DNA of 64,000 nt from Octopus sinensis (GCF_006345805.1 NC_043012.1:17484001-17548000), one strand, 5' to 3'. Positions 1 to 15,549 are shown, counted from the first letter of the stretch. Notes: generated by a model from the letters alone, not told the origin. Program-made: numbers and translations.

Positions 1-725
1 ACCCATTGTTGCTCACCTTCCTCTTTCGGCCTCTGTTTGAGGAGTCCTCTGCTTTCTCGGCCGTTATCGTTCCCTCTTCTAGAGGGGTTTTACCTAACTG
101 TTCCGGGATCCTATTTTGTTCCCGAGAACAGTTCTTCTTTATGTAGCCGGACTCCAAGCACCGATGACACTTAGGGGGGCGACCCTCAAGCATCACCGGG
201 TACCTGCACCCGGCCATTTTCAAAAAATCTGGAAGAACCAGATTGGCTGATTGGGTCCACAGGGTCAAAATTGCTTTTGACCCAACCCAAGCAGCCGCAG
301 GAATAACTTTTACATTGAGGAGCTTAGTTTCACCCAGACCCCGGCGGATAGTCTCCTCTATCCACTCGGGTTCTATGTCGGGTAGCAGTCCGCAGATCCA
401 AGCTTTCATCAATTTCTTTTTTTTTGTACGTGGGCAGGAATAAGATTTCCTTACCCTCCAAGGGTTTGCTAGCAAATTTGCAAGCCTCTTCAGGGGTGTC
501 AAATAGCAACCACACCGTTGCATATTTGACACCCCTGGAAAGGAATTTAATTGTTGGCAAATACTCTTCCAACTCCTTTTCAATTGCCGTCTTTTCGAAT
601 AGGGCGATAGTGTCAAGTGCCTTGGAGTAGGTTCTCAACACCACCGTCCTATCTTCACGGTCTTTTAACCACTTTTTAGGTGGTATGATTTCCCACTCCA
701 AAATTTTGTTATTTTTCATTGCCAT
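1..725 (-). pseudogene. Frameshifted gag-like ORF1 of a Tx1/L1-clade non-LTR retrotransposon (runs off the window start)
   Basis: ORF 330..725 (RRM-like ATVWLLFDTPEEACKFA) continues after a frameshift in the A-run at ~414-425. The new frame reads KLMKAWICGLLPDIEPEWIEETIRRGLGETK...LPDFLKMAGCRYPVMLEGRPPKCHRCLESGYIKKNC, a CX2CX4[H>Y]X4C knuckle (~128-170) preceded by EGRPP, as in Tx1/L1 ORF1. Confidence 0.75.
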
Positions 726-1427
726 GTTTTTTTTTAAATATATTCAAATTAAACTCAAAAGCAGGAAGAAAAAGTTCAAAAGTCCAAATAAAATTTGATA
801 GATTTTTGAAAAAACAAAAAGGAGAAAGCACAACAGAAAGGAAGAAATTAACGGAAAGTCGCAATAAAGAAAAAAAAAGGGGGGGGGGTGGTTAAATGAA
901 GTTCAAAAGAAAGTTAATAAACAGAAAAAACACAGCAAAAATATTCTGGCCTTGCGGTACTACCGGCCTGGGTTGAACCTGGAACGCCGCAACTGCAACA
1001 CAACCTCCACAAAAATAGGTCCGAAAGGTAATCCAATAGTGGCTTATTTTTATAATTTTCTTGCGAAGTACTCTGACAAGGGAATAAATTCAACAAACCC
1101 AAACACAGCACTGGCTACCGCCAACGGTAATTTTAACAGTAACTGTATTGAATTCTTAGGATACGCCCCTCCACTGTCTTTTCTTTTTTTTTTCAATGAA
1201 CACAAAAACGGCAGCCGCCGAGAGCAGGCGAAATTGTCTCAGAGTTGGACACAACCTACTGAAATAATAATTGGCACGCAATAAATTATGCCCAACTCAC
1301 AATAAACAAAATCACTTACCTCGACAACTTTCCGTTTTTGGTCTTTTTTCTTTAATTGGACAGAGCTGATTGACTCGCGTCCACTCTGGCTGAACAGGAA
1401 GCAGCTGACTAATTGCGCATGTGCGTT
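1..1427 (-). mobile_element. 5' portion (5'UTR plus ORF1) of a Tx1/L1-like LINE
   Basis: ORF1 relic preceded by ~700 nt of T-rich leader. The sequence switches abruptly into a SINE head at ~1428. Confidence 0.65.
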
Positions 1428-1466
1428 AGCAAAGCTACTTACCACACAGCCACTCCTGGGCCTATA
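1428..1466 (-). mobile_element. Isolated 5' head of SINE family 1, interrupted by the LINE
   Basis: Reverse complement TATAGGCCCAGGAGTGGCTGTGTGGTAAGTAGCTTTGCT matches the start of the full copies at 57672 and ~8800. Confidence 0.8.
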
Positions 1467-1706
1467 ATATATAATAATAATAATAATAATATGCGGGAAT
1501 CATATTCCAAACTTACAGGGAAAAATTCAATTTAGAAATACTAAATCAAATTTTACATATAGCGGATATATAATTGTTAAAGAAGACACCAAACGTCAAG
1601 GCAAGGCATATATCTCAACTTATATACATTATTATTATTGGAAAAAATTCAAAGTCTTACAGCTGTTTCTGGGATATTCCAGGGTATACACACACACACA
1701 CACGCA

Positions 1707-1766
<60 letters not shown>

Positions 1767-1770
<4 letters not shown>

Positions 1771-1890
1771 CATGCTCACTTAGCCAGCGGGGTGGCGTAA
1801 TTTGAAGGCTAAAACAATGCGAAGCGCATTGTTACCAGCGATGTGTAGCAACATCTGGTAGCCTGGTCGGTCACAGGGATCCCGGTGATA
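1767..1890 (+). repeat. Short interspersed repeat, probably a retroposon 3' end; second copy at ~17320-17431
   Basis: GCGGGGTGGCGTAATTTGAAGGCTAAAACAATGCGAAGCGCATTG...CCTGGTCGGTCAC is shared by both copies. The second ends in the 9-bp repeats (CGGTGATTA)n followed by (TA)n. Confidence 0.75.
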
Positions 1891-1911
1891 ATATATATAT
1901 ATATATATATA

Positions 1912-2040
<129 letters not shown>

Positions 2041-2065
2041 ATATATATATATATAAACTGGAAAT

Positions 2066-2237
2066 TTCGTCAGTGAAAAGGTCGCAGTTTCAAAGCGATC
2101 AAAATATTAATTTAAATGGTGGAGTGAATCGAACGGTTTTTGTGTTTTTTAAATGGCTTATAAATCCTTTCCACGCGGCAACTGGTTTTGTTTCTGCAGA
2201 CGATCTCAAGTAGTTGCTATGCAAGTACAACTCCGAA

Positions 2238-2240
<3 letters not shown>
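2066..2240 (+). repeat. Unclassified interspersed repeat; second copy at ~23320-23510
   Basis: Shared GTCAGTGAA-AGGTCGC...TTTAAATG-TG-AGTGAATC-AACGG...AAATGGCTTATAAA...TTGCTATGCAAGTACA. Both copies lie within (TA)n. Confidence 0.7.
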
Positions 2241-2271
<31 letters not shown>

Positions 2272-2361
2272 TATATATATATATATATATATATGAAAAG
2301 AATGGAAGAGACCTCGATATTATGTAAATAGGGGAATTTATCTGTAAATATATGTGACAAT

Positions 2362-2576
2362 TATTCGGTATCCATTATAAAACTCCGAATTTCGGATTTC
2401 GGGCTAAGAGCCACGGCGCCATCACTTGAGTTACCCGGCCCACGAAAAAATGTTATGAAAATGACGCCAGTGTCACTTTCATAGTATTTTTTCGATGGCC
2501 GGATAAGTGAAGGGATAGCGGCGCGGGTTTCCACCCCGACATCCGAAACTCTAACTTTTATAATGGCTAGCGAATA
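2362..2576. repeat. Fold-back element with a degenerate hammerhead-like motif
   Basis: TATTCGGTATCCATTATAAAACTCCGAATTTCGGA (~2362-2397) is inverted relative to TCCGAAACTCTAACTTTTATAATGGCTAGCGAATA (~2542-2576). ATAA-GTGAAGG...ATCC-GAAAC resembles a decayed core. Confidence 0.5.
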
Positions 2577-2608
2577 TTTACACACACACACACGCACACA
2601 CACACACT

Positions 2609-2669
<61 letters not shown>

Positions 2670-2780
2670 GTATATATGTTTATATATATATATAAATATA
2701 TATGAGGGAATATTATTCCAAACTTACAGGGAAATATTCCATTTAGAAATACTAAATCAAATTTCACAAAATATAATGTA

Positions 2781-3990
2781 TATATGAATTGGAAAAAAAC
2801 CCACATTTTATCAATTCAAAATGAAAAATTAAATTGCACCATATAGAAAATTAAATATAATAGAAAGATTAAATATAAGATAAAAAATATAACGATGATT
2901 AAGTAATGTGCAGAATAATAAATAAAACGTATATATTTGGTAGAATAAAGACACGTGTTTCGTGGCTATATTTAAGAAATCATTATAGTAAAAATGTTAG
3001 TAGTAAAAGAAAATCTCTTCAATATACATATAGCTACTCATCAGGTTAAAGATAACTACAATAATAAAATAATTAATTGATAAATATACGTAAATAATCT
3101 TTTAAAAAATACATCAAGTGTAAAGTAATTACAACATTTTAAACTATATACATTAAATGAAATAATTAATTAATAGATCTATTTAATAAACATCCAAATA
3201 AAGTCTAATACCCATTAAGCAATTAATACTAAAAACCTTAATAATAATAAATACACACAAAGTTAGTACAAGCCATAAATACTGGATTCAAAAATAAGGA
3301 GTGGTTGAAATATAGACACATCCATTATACAAAACTAACTATATAATTAATATATATGTAGTATCTATAGATTTAATATATCACTCAATAATAATGTTGA
3401 CCAAAATATCAATTAATATAAAATTAATTTACTTAAATGTAATACTACTTGAAAAATATACCACCTTATTATTAAATAATGTATTGGCTAACAATAATTA
3501 ATTCTCAAATTAAATTATAAGTAATACGTTAAATCCTTTTATACAAATAATAATAAAGCATTCTAAATAAATAGATATCATAATAAATAACTATCACAAC
3601 TTATAACTATCAATATATATAAAAATAATAATATTTCAACAACAATAATAATAACAATAATAACCAAACCACATATAATTCAAAAGCCTAATAATATTTA
3701 TAAGCAAAAATCTTTACGTAGCTTGTCGATGAAAAAATATAACTGAATTTTAAACGTAAAAGATATATAGGTCTTATTGTTTATAAAAATTAAACGCGTG
3801 AAGACTTAGTGTAAACAAATAGAATAAATCATCAATGAAAATGGCGGAAAGTATTTACTAAGAAAAATACGAAAAATACATTATGAAGACATTCAACAAC
3901 AACCGACAGTCCACTACAAAATATTTAATTTTCTAGATGGTGTCATTTAATTTTTCATTTTAAATTGATAAAAGGTGTTTTTTTCTAATT

Positions 3991-3996
<6 letters not shown>
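2781..3996. mobile_element. AT-rich Penelope-like non-autonomous element with ~75-bp inverted ends, in (TA)n
   Basis: 2781-2858 is the inverted counterpart of 3921-3996. It contains the hammerhead motif at 2946-3048. Confidence 0.6.
2946..3048 (-). ncRNA. Type I hammerhead ribozyme motif with long helix II
   Basis: CTGATGA-GTAGCTATA...TATAGCCAC-GAAAC-ACGT-GTC. Helix III is the palindrome ACACGTGT; helix I is weak. Confidence 0.6.
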
Positions 3997-4052
<56 letters not shown>

Positions 4053-4121
4053 TACATATATGCATATATACATATATATATACACACATACATACATACA
4101 TACAGACATAAATACATACAC

Positions 4122-4188
<67 letters not shown>

Positions 4189-4191
<3 letters not shown>

Positions 4192-4352
4192 GGGGCAGGA
4201 GTGGCTGCGTGGTAAGTAGAGCTGACCTACAACATGGTTTCCGGCTCAGTCTCACTACGTGGCTCATTAGGCTAGAGTGTTCTACTGTAGCCACAGGCCG
4301 ATGCAATCTTTGTGAGTGGATTCGGTAGGCTGAAACTGAAAGGCGCCCGTGA
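4189..4352 (+). mobile_element. SINE family 1, 5' half
   Basis: GGGGCAGGAGTGGCTGCGTGGTAAGTAG...GTGAGTGGATTCGGTAGGCTGAAACTGAAAG matches the 57672 copy. Confidence 0.85.
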
Positions 4353-4460
4353 TATATAAATGTATATATATGTATGTATGTGTTGTATGTGTTTCTATTA
4401 AATAAACTGACACAACAAAGCAACTATCGTGTGGAATTTTCAGGATATTCATAAAGGAAT

Positions 4461-4497
4461 GTTTCTGGGATATTAAGGATATCCCTTCATCAGAGAC
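4461..4497 (-). ncRNA. Hammerhead ribozyme motif (helix III lost here, preserved in the related fragment at 1654-1680)
   Basis: GTCT-CTGATGA-A-GGGATAT-cctta-ATATCCC-A-GAAAC. The sibling at 1654-1680 reads ATATCCCA-GAAAC-AGCT-GTA-AGAC, which completes helices III and I. Confidence 0.65.
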
Positions 4498-4499
4498 GA

Positions 4500-5270
4500 C
4501 GTGATATGGATAAATAGAGAGAAATATTAGAGTTCATTATAAGGAGTTATTTTGGAAAAGAAAGCAAATAAGGAGTATATAGGGAAATAGGAGAATGAAT
4601 GTAGAAATAAAATTAAATTTGTTTAAGGTTGTTATAGTTGCAGTTCCATTATCCAAGGAAAGTGGTGTGTAGAAGTGGTAGAAATGCTTCCTCTCCGTGA
4701 TATGTAAATTCCAAAACGAATTTATATTTTGTCAGCACAAATGGAAAGTGTTGAGACGTATTTTCCATGTGCTGTTCAGTCAAATAGGTCTTGTGGTGTG
4801 AATGAATATTTGAGAATGTCGTAGTAGTATTAAGTGGATTGAGAGGCAAGAAGAGATGTGTATGTTAAAATGAATAGAGGTCAAAAGAAAAGGTGAGAAA
4901 AAAAACATGGAAACAAAGAGGGAGAGAAAGTGAATAGAAGGGAAAATGAAAACGTGTAAGGAAATGAAAAAGTGAAAGGAGTGTTAGTTGATGGCCAAGA
5001 TATTATGAGGTGTTGGGAGTAGCGAAGTGTAGGAAGAGATAAGGATGTAAGTAAGTAATATGCGGGAGGTTGTGTGATATGCTGGAAGGGACGGGTACAG
5101 AAAAAGATATAACAGGAATATTTTCTAAAGTGAGTAGTAAACCACAAATTGGAAGGGAAGAATACTAAGTATGGTAAAGTTTCAATAAATAGACGTTTAT
5201 TCTACTGTATAATGTGATAGTGTGGGTTGAGGAATCAGAGAGAAAGAAAGAAAGAAGTGTATATTGATAT
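4500..5270 (-). mobile_element. Possible decayed Penelope-like (GIY-YIG) element 3' region upstream of the hammerhead
   Basis: Short ORF ending HGEEAFLPLLHTTFLG, loosely like PLE endonuclease C-termini, directly upstream of an HHR on the same strand. Confidence 0.3.
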
Positions 5271-5498
5271 AAGCACGCACATATATGCATATATGTGTGT
5301 GTATGCATTATTACATAGGCCCGCGTAGTTGTGTATTTAAACCCGTACGCATGCATATATATACACATATACACATATATAGGCACATACACACGCATGC
5401 ATATACATGCGTATACAAACACACACACAGAAACATAATCATATTAGTGGAAAATTGGTGTGTGTTGTTTGTGGCGTTGTTAGCTAACGTCTTGACAA

Positions 5499-5915
5499 GT
5501 GAGTATAAGTCATGTCTGGAAAACCCGTGACATACTTCGATTGTTGAAAAAATTGATAATGCGACCCCTTTGGAAGGGACCTTTATATTTACCTCATATA
5601 ACTTAATTTTTTTAAACAGCCAAGGGAAATAATCCATAGCATCTGCACTATTTTTTAAACACCCAAGGGAAATCATTTCATTGTTTATGTTCGATTACTT
5701 TGAATATTGATATTTTTGTGTGTCCAATTTCTAATTTTTGCAAATATCACTTTATGTGACACGTGAGTATACCTCGTGTCTGGAAACCTCGTGACATATT
5801 TAGATTGTTGAAAAAATCGATAAAAGGTCTCTTCCACTGGATCCTTCTATCTACTATATATTACTAATATTTTATTTAAACAACCCAAGGGAAATAACCC
5901 ATACCACCTGAAGTT
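5499..5915 (+). repeat. Diverged tandem duplication, period ~265 bp
   Basis: GTGAGTATA...TGTCTGGAAA-C-CGTGACATA...GATTGTTGAAAAAAT-GATAA...CAAGGGAAATAA-CCATA occurs at ~5499 and ~5763. Confidence 0.7.
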
Positions 5916-7196
5916 TTTAACAAAGCAATCAATATTTGATTTTCACGATCAGCCGACCTAATTCTGCATTTCACTACTCACAGTTTTGACCTACTAATCA
6001 TTATTATTGCATTTCATTAATTTGAATCTTAAACCTTAAAGACTTCATTCACACATTTCTATACATACCTGCTTTTTTGAACGCCTATTACTCCGATTAT
6101 TCTGCATTCTTACAGTTATACTTTTTCTATGATACTAGGTACTTTTTTTACTCCACAACGTATTTGTAGTGGCTTCATGAAGGCGTAGCGTGGATTCGAT
6201 CCTCTATTGCCAAATTGCACTTGACATTTCAACAGCGCTTTTCTGACATTAAAAGAATAGTATTTCTGTGAATGACACTTGTTATACATTTCCCAGATGC
6301 TTTCGCTAAGCAGAATAATGTCTTTGCCACTTGACCCTTCTAACCTCTTCTAGGCTACCACTGGCTGGAATGGATGTAACATACCTCCAACGAAATCATT
6401 TGTTCTCAACCATATGTCTATACTTCAGGCTGTTTTCTGGTAGTTATAAAAACAAGAACACCGTAAGCTAAAGGAAGTTACTAAGAGTGACCATCAGTGC
6501 GAGTGAACGTTATTATTGCACTTTCTTCAAACACTTCATTCATATATTTATATAACATTTCTCACCAAACTCCGACAATCTTTCTCGCCAATCTCCAACA
6601 ATCTCTTCCTCCTTCGGCTGAGATATTTTTGTACTTTTTCGTGACGGAAAATACACCATTTGTGGCAGTTAAAAAGAAATTGCTTTCTTATATCAGAGTA
6701 ATAAGGTGTTTCAATAGAACATCTTCACCCCCGGGAATTACCGGGTACACCAGCTAGTATAGAAATACATTTATATATATATGCACACACAGGCATACCC
6801 GTAAATACATGCATATACGAATACATGTGCGCACATATGCATGCACACGTACACATACATACACGCACACACACACGCACATACATATATATATATATAT
6901 ACATATACATATGCATACATATACGCATACGTATGTGGATATATGTGTGCACGCATGCGGATGTATGTGCATATGTATATATATATATATGTGTTTATGT
7001 ATGTGTGAGCGTGTGTGGGCGTATATGTGTATGTACGTGTGCATCTATGCGTGTATATATGCGCACATGTATCCGTATATGCATACATTTACGGTAATGC
7101 GTGTGTGTGCACAAGTATATATCTATGTATGTATATGTTTGTTGGTATATGCATGTGTAAACCTTTGCTGTCTCAGTTTATTTAACATATACATGC

Positions 7197-7359
7197 TAGG
7201 CGCAAGAGTAGCTTTATGGTAAGAGGCTTGGTTACCAACGACCTGGTTCCGAGTTCAGTCACACTACGTGGCATCTCGGACAAGCACTTCTACTATAGCT
7301 TCGGACCGACCGAGGCCTTGTAAGTGAATTTGTTAGATGGAAACTGAAAGAAACCAATC

Positions 7360-7397
<38 letters not shown>

Positions 7398-7685
7398 TAT
7401 ATGTATGTGTGTGTATGTGTGTGTGTGTGTGTGTATATATGTGTGTGTGTGTGTGTGTGTGTATGGTTGTGTGCCTGTGTTTGTCCTCCAACATTGCTTG
7501 ACAACCGATGCTGGTGTGTTTATGTCCAAGTAACTTAGCGGTTCGGCAAAAGAGACCGTTAGAATAAGTGCTAGGCTTTAGAAAGAATAAGTCCTGGGGT
7601 CGATTTCTTCGACTAAAGGCGGCGCTCCATCATGGCCCCAGTGAAATGACTGAAACAAGTAAAAGAGTAAAAGAAAGAAAGAGTA
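7197..7685 (+). mobile_element. SINE family 1, full length (tRNA-derived, CORE-like, internal microsatellite)
   Basis: tRNA-like head, internal (TA)/(TG) tract, tail GGCGGCGCTCCATCATGGCC...TGAAACAAGTAAAAGAGTAAAAGA. Confidence 0.85.
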
Positions 7686-8497
7686 ATGTTCATACAAAGC
7701 CCGCATCAGACTCTTCACTCATATTATTATCAAACCGAGAGTTTCTTTACAGTTTTTCCATGGCACTTACATAGCGTTATCTGCCACCTTGGGTCTTCTG
7801 GATAGCATTACTTCTCGTATGTATGTATGAATGTACATATACATAATTATATAGAAAGAGAGAGTTATATATGAATAGTTATATATACGTGCAAATACAT
7901 ACCTATTGACAGATACACACGCCACCCACACACAAAGACACACATATTCATATCCATATTTCATCTCTCAAAAATGTAGCATGAGTCATTCTCAAATAAA
8001 TATCTAAAAGAACCCAATGAATTTGAAATCTAATAACTATATAAAAATAAATATGAATTTATGCTGACGAACTAGAAAAGCATTTCGTACTGGATATTAT
8101 TTTTAAGGTAGTTATAATATGTTATTTCAAACTAGGATTTAATCCAAATCTGTAATTTTCTACCTTCTTCTTACGACCAAAAAGGAATAAATTCAGAAAA
8201 TTCCAATTTAATACTTCTTTATCATCTCCTAAGAGATTCCTCTTACGAGTGCATATTCTTTTTTTGTCGCAATTCGAAATATTTTTTCGTCTCATTATAG
8301 GCTGGTGAATTTTCTGCGAGAAAACGCTTGACTTTGCGTATAAGTGTGTGCGAGATATCGAGTGTATGACAAAGAAGGATAGGCATATTGGCTCGAAGTT
8401 GCTGACAAATTTGTTAGCAAAAGAAAATTAGTATATGGTATTTATTTCTCGCGAGTTCCTCTGACACACTCTAGGGTTTCTCAATTTCAGTAATACA

Positions 8498-8580
8498 GTG
8501 AATTATGGCGATGTAAACAGACCAGCATCGGTTGTCAAGCGATGGTGTGGGGGACAAAAAAACGGACACACAAGCACACA

Positions 8581-8634
<54 letters not shown>

Positions 8635-8800
8635 CGACGGGCTACTTTCAGTTTCCATCTACCAAATCCACTCAAAAGTCTCTGGTCGATCTAAGGCTAT
8701 ACTACAAGACACTCGTCTAAGGTGCCACGCAGTAGGACTGAACCCGGAACCATGTGGTTGCTTAGCAAGCTACTTACTACACAGCCACTCCTGCGCCTAT
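8498..8800 (-). mobile_element. SINE family 1, 3'-truncated
   Basis: Reverse-complement match to head and body; the plus strand ends ...CACAGCCACTCCTGCGCCTATA. Confidence 0.85.
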
Positions 8801-8804
8801 ATAT

Positions 8805-8835
<31 letters not shown>

Positions 8836-9000
8836 TATATATATGTATATGTCCGTGTATGAATGCGTACTTGCGTGTCCGTTTCTGTTCCCTAACCGAC
8901 TATTTTTCTGAGTCCGTGTTTATTCGTCCAATATCACCCGTCCACTTTATTGCAGCAGTCCCTCTACCCGCATCTCGATTATGCTCACAACCATCTACAC

Positions 9001-9650
9001 TAGTGGTTCTCAACCATATTTTGCTTATTGAGCCCTTTGACACTTCTTTTACTCGGTATAATGCTACCCTCTTCCATAGCCATTTAATGTTTAAGAAATT
9101 CTATTATAAGCAAACTAGTTAGTTGGAAAATCTCTGTACGATATGAAAGTAGTATCTATACTAAGAAATAATGTTTGTCGCCACCTCAGCATGGCTGTTC
9201 CGTAAGAACCGAGTTTACTACCTCTCTAGGCAGTTATCGATGCAATTTGAATCCCATTTATTGCAAGCAAGGGAGCGAACCCTTACCATCTTCTAGCGAC
9301 AATTAAATATTATTAGGAATTCCAAGGCGGCAAGCTGGTAACGCGCTGGGTGACATGCTTAGCCGCATTTCGTCCGACTTGATGTTCTGAGTTCAAATGC
9401 CACCGGGGTCGTCTTTACCTTTTATCGTTTCGGGGTTGATAAAACGATTACCAGTCGATATAATCGGTGAGCCCACTCCACAAACTTTCAGGCCTTGGGA
9501 CTAGAATAGAAAGGAAATTTCATTTGTGCATCTTAATAAGAGTGTAATCAATGTATTGCTAATATAAATTTTAGCAACCATATGTTATGCAATCCACGAG
9601 TATCTTATGAATCCCCAAAGGACATACGGACCCCGGATGGGTGCTACTGA
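9001..9650. mobile_element. Possible decayed hAT/Charlie-type MITE
   Basis: Starts TAGTGGTTCTCAACC (compare CAGTGGTTCTCAAC ends) and ends GGACCCCGGATGGGTGCTACTG. It carries a SINE-2 insertion. Confidence 0.35.
9323..9515 (+). mobile_element. SINE family 2 (tail A)
   Basis: AAGGCGGCAAGCTGG...TTCTGAGTTCAAAT...CCTTTTATCGTTTCGGGGTTGATAAA...GGCCTTGGGACTAGAATAGAAAGG. Confidence 0.8.
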
Positions 9651-10439
9651 ACTACGTTAACACACATTTTTCATTGTCAGCATCGCCACCTAACTTACTG
9701 AAGCTATACAGCAAATGCTAATTTAATGACTATCAAAATTCGTTATTACAATCAACGCTAGCATTTATAAATAAATCTGCCATCTACGCCATATTTGAAT
9801 TGCGTACAACCACACCATTTGAACTACAAAAGCCTTACCATTTGTGTGGCACCAAAAATTCTTTACCCATGTGTCCTTCCTTCTCTGTTTAACCAGCTGC
9901 ACAGGATTAACTCTCCACTTCCTTACGCAGGTCTTGATCGAATCAGAATAGATTTTGTGTGATTCACGGTTATTCTTAATCCTCCAAACAGGAAGGAACG
10001 CAGTGGTCATGATCCTTTTCCATTCGGGAGTTTTAACTTGCAAATGAAGAGGAATCCGCTAAAGTTATCTATAATGGCAATCAAGAAGTGTTCTTTAATA
10101 GAGGGACGGATTAAATCTACCATTCAGGTAGGCCATGGAGGTATTTGAATTCAGAACGCTAACACCTGAAACGAACTCTGCAAGGCATTCGATCTGACGT
10201 GTTTAAATTTCCAATAATCCACTTCGTGGAATTGGTATTGTTTATCGATCTTGAAAGGAAGAAAGGCAGAGGAGGCCTCAGTAGTATTAGATATCAGATC
10301 ACAGAGATTTTGGATTAAATCCTTTCGACGCTCTACAAATTCCATCAGCCATCATTCTAAGACTTCTTGCTTTCAGTAATATGTTTTAAGTATGTGACAT
10401 TGTCCTTTTGAACCTGTCACTTATCTATCCATCAATTCA

Positions 10440-12790
<2,351 letters not shown>

Positions 12791-13159
12791 GTGTTGTGAA
12801 TTTATAGAAAGAAATCCCATAAAACTCAACAATTTTGTTAAAAGAGATGATTTTAAAATATATAAGTGAATTTTAATCCATGCAGACGATCGTTTCGTAC
12901 AGAGATATAAAAATCATGCAAATTCATGGATGAATTGAATTAATTAAATTTATTAAATTAATTGTATCTCAATGTACTCTTCAGTACAAGAAGTATAAAC
13001 AAAATGATTACAAATGACTTGAGAAAGGAATTCGCAGAATAGGTCTTAGGAGATTCATATTAAGAGATGATAGTCCAGTTAGGTATTATCTATAACTAAA
13101 GGCTATAACGGTTATTTGAAAATATGAGTAAAAGAGGTTTCCGAGACGTTCCCTCTATA

Positions 13160-14352
13160 GATGAGTAAGGGGATTAGAGCTTGACTCCCATTGGTCAGGA
13201 AGATCTCATCCTGTCGGTTAAAAATTTCATCAACAGAAGATATGGCAACATCATCACTGCGACAATGGTTCCCAGCCAAGTGTTTTTTAACGTTGGGGAT
13301 CAGATGATAGTCAGATGGGACCAAATCAAGAATATAGGGAGGGAGGTGATCAACCAGTTCAATGCTACAGTGACGTACAGTAGCGATTAAAAGCAAGGAT
13401 CTGTGCGTTCGAGCATTGTCCTCAAACAAGACCTCTTTCGTCACTTTCCTGGAGGTTTGGTCTTGACAGCCTTTCGTAACTGCTTCAGCAAGTTGGAATA
13501 ATACTCTCCATTGATGATGTGGTTCTTTTGAAGCTAGTCAATAAGCACAATGCCCTTTATGTCCCGTAAATTCTGAGGCCATAACCTTCCCTACTGATGA
13601 ATCGACCCTGGCCTTCTTTGGAGGTGGCGAAGAGGGGTTATTCCACTGCATGGATTGTCGCTTTGTCTCTTGCTAAAAGTAATTAACCTAGCACTTATCT
13701 TGGGTTAGGAAACATTCAAGGAAACCACCTATATCTGCCAGAAACAATGTCAGATTTTCCCGTAATGTGTTCAAGTCTGGTGCACTTTTGATCAAGTGTC
13801 AGAAGATGTGACACCCACCGAGCAGAAACCTTCGTTATGCCAGGTTCATAATGCAGTATATTCTCAACTCTCTCATGGTATATGCTAATTGCATTGGATA
13901 TTTGATTTAGAGTAAATCATCTGTCATCCATCATCATGTAGTAAACACGATCAATATTTTCCTCGGTTGTGACAGTTGTAGGACATCCAAACGTTGGGTT
14001 ACCTTCAAGACTCTGCCTTCCTCTCATAAATTTAGCTGTCCGCTTTTGCACTCTTAATAAAGCTGGAGTATTATCGCCTAATGTAGTAACAAAGTCAGCA
14101 TGAATGTCGTTGGAGGCTAAACCCTTTTCCAGTTGGTACTTAATAACAGCACGATGTCAAATTTGGTCCATTTTGAAGAAAAGTCGCTACTAGAAACATT
14201 TGAAGGTTTCTTTCACCAGTTAAATGCCAGTTTACCTGGAAAGAAATAGTGCAATTAATAAGAAGACTTGAAATTAATGCATGCAAGATTTCACAGCTCT
14301 AGCATCACTCCTTCATAGTCTAAATCTGAACTCTTCAAGCCACCCTCCTGTA
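13160..14352 (-). mobile_element. Decayed mariner transposon
   Basis: Transposase fragments LFEDNARTH...LVDHLPPYILDLVPSDYHLIPNVKKHLAG (the HDNA and HPPYSPDLAPSDF motifs). A TIR-like end is at ~14325-14352. Confidence 0.85.
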
Positions 14353-14380
14353 GATAGATAGATGGATAGATAGATGAATA

Positions 14381-15549
14381 TTAGGTTTGCAACGAAGTTC
14401 CCGCCGTTTTTTTTAAAATTAAATTTTCTTAAATGATTTAATAAAAATAACAACTAATTAATCAATAATGTATTCACTCTTATTGTTTACAACTTCTTCC
14501 CAACGTTTAACAAGATTTTCAGTACCTCGTTGGTAGAAATCACCCGATTTCGACTCGAAAAATTGATCTCAAGTTCTCAATTCCGTATCAGTATTGAACG
14601 AAACTCCGCACATAGCATTTGAAAGAGATAGAAAGGGGTAGAAATCTATTGGTGCCAAGTCAGGAGAGTACGGCGGGTGTGGCCGCACTTCCCAGCCATG
14701 CGTCTGAATGGCCTCTTTGGTCATATTGCCGATATGAATGCGGGCGTTGTCGTGCTGTAGAACTCTATGCCGCCGATGAGGTCTTTTCTCTTGAATACCC
14801 GTGCTGAGTCGTTCCATCTGTTGAACATAGAGTTCCGCGTTGACTGTTTGGTTCCGTTCAAGCAATTCGTAGTGGATAATCCCTTCCCAGTCCCACCATA
14901 CGCACAACATCGTTTTACGCGGATGAAGATCTTGTTTCATGCGCGGTATCACTTGTTTACCGGGACTAAGCCATTCCTTACGCTGCTTCATATTGATGTA
15001 CAGGGACCATTTTCGTCGTCAGTAACGATTCGGTAAAGAAAGCGTTTCTTGAATCCATGAGTTGAGCGGTGACGTGTAAGCAAACAAGCGAAGATTGTGG
15101 CTCGTTGATTTTTGCTGTTGCCACTTAAAGCAAGCGGAACCCATCCATGCTCCATACTTCTGACCCCTTCCCATCGAGTGAAGATGCTTCTCTATAGCAG
15201 TGTGAGAGCATTCCATTTTCTCTGCCAATTACCTTGTCGTTTGACGAGAATTTTCGTGCAAAAGTTGGTTTAATCGCTCTTCATCGAACTCAACTAGACG
15301 GTCAGACGGAGGGGGGGGATTTTGTGATCAAAATTTCCATGTTTGAACTTGGCATACCAATCACGAGCGTTTCTTTCAGCTATAACACCTTCTCCATACA
15401 CAGCACAAATGTTGCGAGCAGCTTGACATTCCAAAATAGATTCTAAAATGATTAAAAAGTAGAATTCTCGAAAGAAATATATTCCAAATTTTAAAAACGT
15501 AATTATTTCCAAAATTTAAAAAACCGCAGGAACTTAGTTGCCAACCCAA
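14381..15549 (-). mobile_element. Mariner transposon with both TIRs, transposase pseudogene
   Basis: TIRs TTAGGTTTGCAACGAAGTTCCCGCCGTTTT and AAAACCGCAGGAACTTAGTTGCCAACCCAA with TA flanks inside (GATA)n. ORF 14569..14991 has MLCVWWDWEGIIHYELL, QHDNAR and PHPPYSPDLAPIDF. Confidence 0.93.

Noticed and set aside
8064-8090. CTGACGA/CTGAAGA/CTGATGA cores here and at ~22428, ~25704, ~56237 and ~58530
   Set aside because: No convincing helix II, GAAA, helix III and NUH arrangement.
14569-14991. SETMAR-like host gene
   Set aside because: No SET domain; frameshifted transposase between TIRs.
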